Made by a program: the position numbers and the translations under genes. From Flectonema sp. DT1601 (taxonomy: Eukaryota): a stretch of 64,000 nucleotides of DNA. The notes under the pieces are model-generated. The model searched no databases, had not been told where the DNA came from, and worked only from the letters and a program-made list of their open reading frames with translations. Shown one piece after another: positions 1 through 10,041 of this stretch (the first letter of the stretch is position 1; every line of letters starts with the position of its first letter). The stretch is from positions 1,612,001 through 1,676,000 of the forward strand of contig OZ025780.1 in assembly GCA_964019425.1 (NCBI GenBank). The letters are read 5' to 3'.

Positions 1-1906
1 TTTCTCTCTTTTCTATCTTTTTCTCTTCTGTTAAACTATTCAATTGCAAAACATAGGACGATATCTTTCAGTTCACTGACATCCGCAGACTTATCGAGTC
101 TCAGCAATATTTCAGTTGTTGGAGATTTATTTCTTTTTTGGTGTTTATCCAAGTCCCCCCTCTATTAGTATCAAGTTACCCCTCGCCTTTAATTCTTCTA
201 AACGTAGCTTTTCTTTAATTACCAACTACAGTTTTCAGATAACTGGATATTGGTTTCGTATTAAAGTTAGAAACATTCTACGTGTGCTTCACTGATAGTG
301 TGATCCGAACCAGTAAATAGTAATAACCATTACTTTTACTTTGGTTGTTTCGTATCGTATTTAATTTCCCCACCTCTTTTTTTCTTTGATTAACAATTGC
401 AAATATTTGTCGAATTCAATAAAGAGATTAAAAAAGAAGAGTGAAATTCTACGTAAACAAATACACGGAACCCATTGCAAATACTCAGAACTGTACGGCA
501 AGTGAGTGCCTTGTTCTCTAATCTTATTTCCTTCTCGGATGGAAACAGTGATGGAATCCGACGACTTGGGGATAAACGTTCAGGCGTGTAACTGTTTTGT
601 TGAAACTCATCATATTTATTATTTATTAGTTTGTGATTTCGTTATAACATAAAGGAAATAATTGTTTCCTTTTTGTTCTCTACTTGTGGTTGTCTAATTT
701 TAGTTTAATTTTGTCTTTCTTATCATTACTTTATTTCTTATTTTCTGATTGTGTGTTCTCCCTCTCTTTGACCAAAATTGGCGTTATCAGCCGTCACTAA
801 TACGTGAGGGAGTTGGGTTAAGGTAGTCATTTGTTTCAGGTTCTACGTCTCTTTCCCCGTTGGTGTCACGTCGGTCGGAAACTGGTCCGACACAATCCCT
901 GCCCGCGGAAGTTATCTGCATGAATTCACAGTGTAGATATTTCTTTGTGGATTTCCCTCCTCTCAATCAAATTGCCCCTCTTGTTCCTTTGAGCGATAAT
1001 TCGATTCACTCTCCTTCAAGGGACCTTTTCTTCGATTTACAACTCCAAATATATTTTCCCCAGTTAACTTGAAGTTAATTTTGTATTGATTTTGAGAACA
1101 TTAATTATGATGTAAATTCCTTTATGTCGTCCAGATTTCGAAAACTTAACTGGCCATCGATAACCATTGGAGAGGTCACTTTTGTTTTTGTTTTGTTTTT
1201 GTTTCTCGCTTGTTATTCGCTCATCAGATTCCACATCACGCAGGGGATTGTTAGTTATTGGGTTTGGATTTTTTTTTATTTTTTTTTTTTGCTTCACCAG
1301 ACTGAGCGTTTTCGTGTCAACTTGCAAAAGAGAGTTACCTCCGATCACTGTCTACTTTATTATTTTTATTAATTTGTTGGTAACTCTCTTGAGATAAGTC
1401 TCTTTGTGTGTTAGATGAAGCAACCGAAATAATTTAATACGTAACAGTATTAATCCTTATTCTTATAAATAAATAACATAAAGTTCCTGATGTTGTTATT
1501 CTCCTTCCTTTTGCTCAATTTAATATAAAATATACCTCAGCTTGTTATCGACGTGTTCTTCTCCCCTTTTAGAGACTTTAGTCAATTGTGTCTTAACTAT
1601 CGTTTATGTTAGTTAACTCTGGAACAATACAGATATTTATTTCTTCGTAAATATATTCAAACATCACAATCCCTCCTCCAGCTTTATCTTAAACTATACA
1701 AAAAATAGTAATATAACACTGTTATGTTTTTGTTTGTGCACGGCTTTCTCCATTCTTATGGGTGAGCTAGTCGGATTTTTTAGCCTTGGCTGTCGTTGTT
1801 TCGCTCAGTTGTGATCTTGTCTTTCCTTGAACTCTCCCTATCTCTCTCTCTAATTAGTTCCCTTCTTTCTGAGGAACCGCCACCTTTCATCAACATGATG
1901 AAACTC

Positions 1907-2049
1907 GTTGTTTGTACCGCCTATTGGAGGTACTATATTTCCCAACAATCCATGCCGAGTCTTCGGAAACGGCTACGGATTGGGTCCTCTGTTACTTTGA
2001 GTAACACAGCACTCATAATATACAGTAATGTTGGATTATATAACTAACT
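1907..2049 (+). mobile_element. Diverged structured retroposon-like segment embedded in the upstream module (repeated at ~5308, 9010, 12230, 15987, 19723)
   Basis: Shares ordered motifs gttgttt..tactat..acaatc[hairpin with ttcg]gattgggtcct..cagt..taactaact with the 3' part of the 13306-13807 insertion. Confidence 0.35.
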
Positions 2050-2473
2050 TTCCCTTTTTTTTTTATTGGGAATCTCCCTTTTCGGAAGAAAAAAAGAAAA
2101 GAAAAGAAAAAGACATCTGTGGAGGTGTCCATTGATAACTAACTTCTGTTTTTGGAGTACAAACTTTGAGTTAGATTCTCAACTGGTTGGAATCCAAAGT
2201 ATGTGCTCCAATGACCCTTTAAGTTTAATTACAGTATCAAGTTGCCTCTATCTCTTTACTGTTGTTTAGGATTACCTATATCAGTCTTTGTACTGTAGTG
2301 ATGTTCACCTTAGTAGTAATATACACATCTCTTCACAAACAGGAATACAAGGTATCGCATGATAGATGATCGTCTTTTGTTTAATAGTTGTCACAGTTCA
2401 GAAATTCATCACTTTTCATCTTCTCTGTAGTTTAGTTTTTAAAACTTTCCAAAACTTTCTAAAACTTTTTAAT

Positions 2474-2941
2474 ATGTCCACCGAAAAGAGTGCGATCAAC
2501 ACCCAGGAGTACCAGGGATACCAAGAGCATGTTTATCCAGCTCCTGTAGGAGGACAGCCAGTTGGTCAGACTGTAGTCGTTGTTGAGGAGAGAGATGATT
2601 TTGTATCTGCCTGCATGGGAACAGGCTTTTGTGGTCTGACGGGACTTTGTTTCTTTGGATGTTGCTGCAACACTCCAACGGGTAGAGTTGGTGCTGCTAC
2701 TGGATGCATTATCAATGGTAGTATTGCTTTAATTTTGTGGTTTGTTTTGATGGTTATCTCCTTGAAGGACTGTGACGACAGTGGATCTGATAGTGGAGTT
2801 TGCGCACTGCCGATAATGAAATCCTCTGGCATCCTTATTGCTAATGTTTTCGTTGCCACCTCCGTCATCTGTGCAGCCATGTTATTTCGTAGAAAGTACG
2901 TCAGAGAACTCCAACAAAGACAGAACGGAATGATTGTCTGA
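2474..2941 (+). CDS. 155-aa Cys-rich multi-pass membrane protein, NDFIP/Bsd2 (DUF2370)-like; copy 1 (type X C-terminus)
   Basis: ATG at 2474 (MSTEK...) follows a pyrimidine tract and AG at 2430. F-x13-G-x5-C-x6-GRxGAxxG pattern and hydrophobic segments. Confidence 0.85.
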   Translation: MSTEKSAINTQEYQGYQEHVYPAPVGGQPVGQTVVVVEERDDFVSACMGTGFCGLTGLCFFGCCCNTPTGRVGAATGCIINGSIALILWFVLMVISLKDCDDSGSDSGVCALPIMKSSGILIANVFVATSVICAAMLFRRKYVRELQQRQNGMIV

Positions 2942-5588
2942 TTATTATTCTTTTTTCTCTCTTTTGCTCTTCTGTTAAACTATTTCGTCTCTTTCCCCGT
3001 TGGTGTCACGTCGGTCGGAAACTGGTCCGAAACAATCCCTGCCCGCGGAAGTTATCTGCATGCATTCACAGTGTAGATATTTCTTTGTGGATTTCCCTCC
3101 TCTCAATCAAATTGAGAGGATTTCCCTCCTCTCAATCAAATTGCCCCTCTTGTTCCTTTGAGCGATAATTCGATTCACTCTCCTTCAAGGGACCTTTTCT
3201 TCGATTTACAACTCCAAATATATTTTCCCCAGTTAACTTGAAGTTAATTTTGTATTGATTTTGAGAACATTAATTATGATGTAAATTCCTTTATGTCGTC
3301 CAGATTTCGAAAACTTAACTGGCCATCGATAACCATTGGAGAGGTCACTTTTGTTTTTGTTTTGTTTTTGTTTCTCGCTTTTTATTCGCTCATCAGATTC
3401 CACATCACGCAAGGGATTTTTAGTTATTGGATTTGGATTTGTTTTTATTTTTTTTATTTGCTTCACCAGACTGAGCGTTTTCGTTGTCAACTTGCAAAGG
3501 AGAGCCAAGAAAAATAAAAATAAAAAAGGAAGACGGTAAATTCTAATCTAAATGAAAAATCAATTAAGTTACCTCCGATCACTGTCTACTTTATTATTTT
3601 TATTAATTTGTTGGTAACTCTCTTGAGATAAGTCTCTTTGTGTGTTAGATGAAGCAACCGAAATAATTTAATACGTAGCAGTATTAATCCTTATTCTTAT
3701 AAATAAATAACATAAAGTTCCTGATGTTGTTATTCTCCTTCCTTTTGCTCAATTTAATATAAAATATACCTCAGCTTGTTATCGACGTGTTCTTCTCCCC
3801 TTTTATAGACTTTAGTCAACTGTATCTTAACTATCGTTTATGTTAGTTAACTCTGGAACAATTCAGATATTTATTTCTTCGTAAATATATTCTTTTATTT
3901 GAAATTAAGAAAACTAATCATGTCGACTGAGTTAAGCCAATCATCTGAGTTGACATGATTCTCGAAAAGAAAAAAATAGTTTAATGTCGTTGGCGTTATA
4001 AAACGTAGGACGATGTTTTTCTTTTTCTTTATTTGACGTTTTTTTCGTTTTATTTTCGTTCTTTTACATTTTCATCTCTAGTATTTCCAAAATAGATGTT
4101 TGACGGTTGTTGTTTGTGTGCTGCTAATGTTAATCTGGTTAACGTTTCCTGAACTAGTTTCAGTTCACTGACATCCGCAGACTTATCGAGTCTCAGCAAT
4201 ATTTCAGTTGTTGGAGATGTATCAAGTTACCCCCCGCCTTTTATTCTTCTAAACGAAAGTTTTCTTTAATTACCAACTACAGCTTTCAGATACCTGGATA
4301 TTGGTTTCGTATTAAAGTTAGAAACATTCTACGTGTGCTCCACTTTTTACTTTGGTTACTAACGTCACAACCGTTATTTGTTTGTTATCCTGCGAACCTT
4401 TGCATTTTTTTTTTTTTGATTTCCTTTAAAATTTATTTAATAAGTCTCTTATCGTCTGTGAGAGTCTCACGGTTGCTGGTAGCGATATAACTGTTACCCT
4501 GTGAGCTTTTTCCTGGCTTTTGGCTTCCTAGGCTTCGTAAATAAATAAATAAGAAAAATAAATACATTTTTATAACATCATACTTTTGTGGAAAAAAAAA
4601 AAAAAAAGGAATTCATTTTTCTAAATTTATTTAGGTTAGCTGGTAGCGATCTAATCTGTTACTATGTTGTAGTTTTTTTTGGTGTTTATCCAAGTATCAA
4701 GTTACCCCCCGCCTTTTATTCTTCTAAACGAAGGTTTTCTTTAATTACCAACTACAGTTTTCAGATACCTGGATATTGGTTAAAAAAAAAAGGAATTAAT
4801 TTTTCTAAATTTATTTAGGTAAGCTGGTAGCGATCTAATCTGTTACTATGTTGAGCTTTTCATCAATTTTTGGCTCCCTAAGTAAATGAAGTAATTTATT
4901 CCGAATTTTCTTTTTGAAATTAGTTTTTAATCAAGGTAATTATAATCGTTTATGTTAGTTAACTCTGGGACAATACAGATATTTATTTCTTCGTGAATAT
5001 GTTCAAACATCACAATCCCTCCTTTCGATTAAGCCGCTTCTCGATACACGAGAAATGAGAAAAGGAAAAGGAAACATCTAAAATAGCAGAGTAGTAAAGC
5101 TAATGTTAACTTGTGTGTTGAAATCTCTCTTTTTTTAAAATTTCGTTGTTTTCTGACTTCTTATGGGTGAGCTAGTCCTCATCTTTAAACTTGGCTGTTG
5201 TTTCGCTCAGTTGTGATCTTGTCTTTCCTTGAACTCTCCCTATCTCTCTCTCTAATTAGTTCCCTTCTTTCTGAGGAACCGCCACCTTTCATCAACATGA
5301 TAAAACTCGTTGTTTGTACCGCCTATTAGAGGTACTATATTTCCCAACAATCCATGCCGAGTCTTCGGAAACGGCTACGGATTGGGTCCTCTGTTACTTT
5401 GAGTAACACAGCACTCATAATATACAGTAATGTTGGATTAAAAAAACTAACTTTCCCTTTTTTTTTTATTGGGAATCTCCCTTTTCGGAAGAAAAAAAGA
5501 AAAGAAAAGAAAAGAAAAAGACATCTGTGGAGGTGTCCATTGATAACTAACTTCTGTTTTTGTAGTACAAACTTTGAGTTAGATTCTC

Positions 5589-5677
5589 CCGATGCTCCCT
5601 AGTTTGCTGTATCAGCGATGCACAGTACGCAATGTATTGGACTTCCTTATCTATCTATCTATCTATCTATCTATCTC
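5589..5677 (+). mobile_element. 89-bp copy-specific insertion with (TATC)7 tail; probable 5'-truncated non-LTR retroposon end
   Basis: Absent from sibling copies (tagattctc|aactgg). Flanked by a tctc duplication and ends in a tandem-repeat tail. Confidence 0.6.
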
Positions 5678-5959
5678 AACTGGTTGGAATCCAAAGTATG
5701 TGCTCTTTACGTTTCATTACAGTATCAAGTTGCCTCTATCTCTTTACTGTTGTTTAGGATTACCTATATCAGTCTTTGTACTGTAGTGATGTTCACCTTA
5801 GTAGTAATATACACATCTCTTCACAAACAGGAATACAAGGTATCGCATGATAGATGATCGTCTTTTGTTTAATAGTTGTCACAGTTCAGAAATTCATCAC
5901 TTTCCATCTTCTCTGTAGTTTAGTTTTTAAAACTTTCGAACTTTCTAAAACTTTTTAAT

Positions 5960-6427
5960 ATGTCCACCGAAAAGAGTGCGATCAACACCCAGCAGTACCA
6001 GGGATACCAAGAGCATGTTTATCCAGCTCCTGTAGGAGGACAGCCAGTTGGTCAGACTGTAGTCGTTGTTGAGGAGAGAGATGATTTTGTATCTGCCTGC
6101 ATGGGAACAAGTTTTTGTGGTTTGACGGGACTTTGTTTCTTCGGATGTTGCTGCAACACTCCAACGGGTAGAGTTGGTGCTGCTACTGGATGCATTATCA
6201 ATGGTAGTATTGCTTTTATTTTGTACTTCGTTTTGATGCTTGTCTACGTGCAAGACTGTGACAACGGTGGATCTGATAGTGGAGTTTGCAAACTGCCGAT
6301 GATGAGTTCCGTTGGCATCCTTATTGCCGATATTATGATTGCCGGCATCGCCGTCATTGCATCCGTCTTATTTCGTAGAAAGTACGTCAGAGAACTCCAA
6401 CAAAGACAGAACGGAATGATTGTCTGA
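5960..6427 (+). CDS. NDFIP/Bsd2-like membrane protein, copy 2 (type Y C-terminus)
   Basis: Intact 155-aa ORF, N-half nearly identical to copy 1. Confidence 0.85.
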   Translation: MSTEKSAINTQQYQGYQEHVYPAPVGGQPVGQTVVVVEERDDFVSACMGTSFCGLTGLCFFGCCCNTPTGRVGAATGCIINGSIAFILYFVLMLVYVQDCDNGGSDSGVCKLPMMSSVGILIADIMIAGIAVIASVLFRRKYVRELQQRQNGMIV

Positions 6428-6861
6428 TTATTCTTTTTCCCCTTTTCTTTCTTTTTCTCTTCTCTTAAAATATTGATGTTTTTTTTCTGTAAAATGAAAA
6501 AGAATAAACGATTAAAATCAGGGTGAAGTGGGTTTTCTTTTCATTCTTTTATTTGAAATTAAGAAATCTAATCATGTCGACTAAGTTAGGTCAATCATCT
6601 GAGTTGACGTGATTCTTGAAAAGAAAAATAGTTAAATGTCGTTGGCGTTGCAAAACGTAGGCCGATATTTTTCTTTTTCTTTATTTGACGTTTTTTCGTT
6701 TTATTTTCGTTCTTTTACATTTTCATCTCTAGTATTTCCAAATTAGATTGTTTGACGGTTGTTGTTTGTGTGCTGCTAATGTTAATCTGGTTAACGTTTC
6801 CTGAACTAGTTTCAGTTCACTGACATCCGCAGACTTATCGAGTCTCAGCAATATTTCAGTA

Positions 6862-7230
6862 GTAGTCGTTGTTGAGGAGAGAGATGATTTTGTATCTGCC
6901 TGCATGGGAACAAGTTTTTGTGGTTTGACGGGACTTTGTTTCTTTGGATGTTGCTGCAACACTCCAACGGGTAGAGTTGGTGCTGCTACTGGATGCATTA
7001 TCAATGGTAGTATTGCTTTTATTTTGTACTTCGTTTTGATGCTTGTCTACGTGCAAGACTGTGACAACGGTGGATCTGATAGTGGAGTTTGCAAACTGCC
7101 GATGATGAGTTCCGTTGGCATCCTTATTGCTGATATTATCATTGCCGCCATCGCCGTCATTGCATCCGTCTTATTTCGTAGAAAGTACGTCAGAGAACTC
7201 TAACAAAGACAGAACGGAGTGATTGTCTGA
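6862..7230 (+). pseudogene. 5'-truncated membrane-protein gene copy with premature stop
   Basis: Starts at VVVVEERDD, fused to an intergenic module (atttcagt|agtagtc). CAA>TAA at 7201-7203. Confidence 0.85.
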
Positions 7231-9573
7231 TTATTCTTTTTCTCCTTTTTTCTCTTTTTCTCTTCTTGATGTTTTCTTTCTGTAAAATGAAAAAGAATAA
7301 ACGATTAAAATAAGGGTGAAGTGGGTTTTCTTTTCATTCTTTTATTTGAAATTAAGAAATCTAATCATGTCGACTAAGTTAGGTCAATCATCTGAGTTGA
7401 CGTGATTCTTGAAAAGAAAAATAGTTACATGTCGTTGGCGTTGCAAAACGTAGGCCGATATTTTTATTTTTCTTTATTTTGATTATTCTTTATTGACGTT
7501 TTTTCGTTTTATTTTCGTTCTTTTACATGTTCATCTCTAGCCTCTCCAAATTAGATTGTTTGACGGTTGTTGTTTGTGTGCTGCTAATGTTAATCTGGTT
7601 AACGTTTCCTGAACTAGTTTCAGTTCACTGACATCCGCAGACTTATCGAGTCTCAGCAATATTTCAGTTGTTGGAGATTTATTTCTTTTTTGGTGTTTAT
7701 CCACCCCCTCTCTATTGGTATCAAGTTACCCCCCGCCTTTAATTCTTCTAAACGTAGCTTTTCTTTAATTACCAACTACAGTTTTCAGATAACTGGATAT
7801 TGGTTTCGTATTAAAGTTAGAAACATTCTACGTGTGCTCCACTGATAGTGTGATCCGAACCAGTAAATAGTAATAACCATTACTTTTTCTTTGGTTGTTT
7901 CGTATCGTATTTAATTACTCCCTTTCTGTTTTTTAAATTCCTCTTTTGATTACGAGGATTAATCTCAAAGGCTTCCGAGGGAAGTTTCTAAAGAGATTGT
8001 TTGGTTAATTTCTAATTTGGACTCGTGGCTGTGAAACCTTCGTAGACATAATTGACGAATAGATACAAAGATGATGCAAAAAAACAAACAAACAAACCCT
8101 GTCTCTGATTCCTTTCTCTCTCTTTTTTTATCTCTTCTCTTCTACTCTCGATGATTGTCTTCAGTTTCACGGGAAGTGACAACAGAAGGATGAGGATGAT
8201 AAAAGTATGCAAACATTGATGGAATCCGACACTGGGCACCAGACATGACTTGGAGATAAACGTTCAGGTGTATGAGAAACTCATCATATTTATTATTTAT
8301 TAGATTGTGATTTCGTTATAACATAAAGGAAATAATCGTTTCCCTTTTGTTCTCTACTTGTGGTTGTCTAATTTTAGTTTAATTTTGTCTTTCTTGTCAT
8401 TACTTTATTTCTTATTTTCTGATTGTGTGTTCTCCCTCTCTTTGACCAAAATTGGCGTTATCAGCCGCCACTAACACTGTCTGTCTATGTCTCTTATCGT
8501 CTGGTGAGAGTTTCACAGTTAGCTGGTAGCGATCTAATCTGTTATCATGTTAACTTCCTTGGCTTCGTAATTAAATAAAAGGAAATAAAAAAACATAAGG
8601 CATAACATCATACTTTTGTGAAAAAAAAAAAAAAAAAAAAAAGGAATTAATTTTTCTAAATTTATTTAGGTTAGCTGGTAGCGATCTAATCTGTTACTAT
8701 GTTGAGGTTTTCATCAATTTTTGGCTCCCTAAGTAAATGAAGTAATTTATTCCGAATTTTCTTTTTGAAATTAATTTTTAGTTAATTAAAATTAATATGT
8801 TATTCTCCTTCCTTTTGCTCAATTTAATATAAAATATACCTCAGCTTGTTATCGATTCTTATGGGTGAGCTAGTCCGCATCTTTAACTTTGGCTGTCGTT
8901 GTTTCGCTCAGTTGTGATCTTGTCTTTCCTTGAACTCTCCCTATCTCTCTCTCTAATTAGTTCCCTTCTTTCTGAGGAACCGCCAACTTTCATCAACATG
9001 ATGAAACTCGTTGTTTGTACCGCCTATTGGAGGTACTATATTTCCCAACAATCCATGCCGAGTCTTCGGAAACGGCTACGGATTGGGTCCTCTGTTACTT
9101 TGAGTAACACAGCACTCATAATATACAGTAATGTTGGATTAAAAAAACTAACTTTCCCTTTTTTTTTTATTAGGAATCTCCCTTTTCGGAAGAAAAAAAG
9201 AAAAGAAAAGAAAAGAAAAAGACATCTGTGGAGGTGTCCATTGATAACCAACTTCTGTTTTTGGAGTACAAACTTTGAGTTAGATTCTCAACTGGTTGGA
9301 ATCCAAAGTATGTGCTCTTTACGTTTCATTACAGTATCAAGTTGCCTCTATCTCTTTACTGTTGTTTAGGATTACCTATATCAGTCTTTGTACTGTAGTG
9401 ATGTTCACCTTAGTAGTAATATACGCATCTCTTCGCAAACAGGAATACAAGGTATCGCATGATAGATGATCGTCTTTTGTTTAATAGTTGTCACAGTTCA
9501 GAAATTCATCACTTTCCATCTTCTCTGTAGTTTAGTTTTTAAAACTTTCCAAAACTTTCTAAAACTTTTTAAT

Positions 9574-10041
9574 ATGTCCACCGAAAAGAGTGCGATCAAC
9601 ACCCAGCAGTACCAGGGATACCAAGAGCATGTTTATCCAGCTCCTGTAGGAGGACAGCCAGTTGGTCAGACTGTAGTCGTTGTTGAGGAGAGAGATGATT
9701 TTGTATCTGCCTGCATGGGAACAAGTTTTTGTGGTCTGACGGGACTTTGTTTCTTTGGATGTTGCTGCAACACTCCAACGGGTAGAGTTGGTGCTGCTAC
9801 TGGATGCATTATCAATGGTGGTATTGCTTTAATTTTGTTGTTTGTTTTGATGGTTATCTCCTTGAAGGACTGTGACGACAGTGGATCTGATAGTGGAGTT
9901 TGCGCACTGCCGATGATGAAATCCTCTGACATCCTTATTCTTTATGTTTTAGTTGCCACCTCCGTCATCTGTGCAGCCATGTTTTTTCGTAGAAAGTACG
10001 TCAGAGAACTCCAACAAAGACAGAACGGAATGATTGTCTGA
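9574..10041 (+). CDS. NDFIP/Bsd2-like membrane protein, copy 3 (type X C-terminus)
   Basis: Intact 155-aa ORF from the MSTEK start. Confidence 0.85.
   Translation: MSTEKSAINTQQYQGYQEHVYPAPVGGQPVGQTVVVVEERDDFVSACMGTSFCGLTGLCFFGCCCNTPTGRVGAATGCIINGGIALILLFVLMVISLKDCDDSGSDSGVCALPMMKSSDILILYVLVATSVICAAMFFRRKYVRELQQRQNGMIV

Noticed and set aside
220..256. accaactacagttttcagat..tattgg resembling a spliced-leader exon
   Set aside because: Only scattered similarity to euglenozoan SL sequences as recalled. No intact 39-nt exon with donor and Sm site.
860..2269. Repeated short ORFs in array spacers (MVSRRSETG, MSSRFRK, MFRSVVIL etc.)
   Set aside because: Low-complexity, with lengths and frames varying between copies. 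Recurrence is explained by DNA duplication.
2366..2473. 36-aa N-terminal extension (MIVFCLIVV...) on the array ORFs
   Set aside because: It is frameshifted in the 5960 copy and spans the pyrimidine tract and AG acceptor, so the real start is likely MSTEK.
4640..4860. Repeated gctggtagcgatctaatctgttact as a CRISPR-like repeat
   Set aside because: Irregular spacing, non-unique spacers and eukaryotic context. These are local module duplications.
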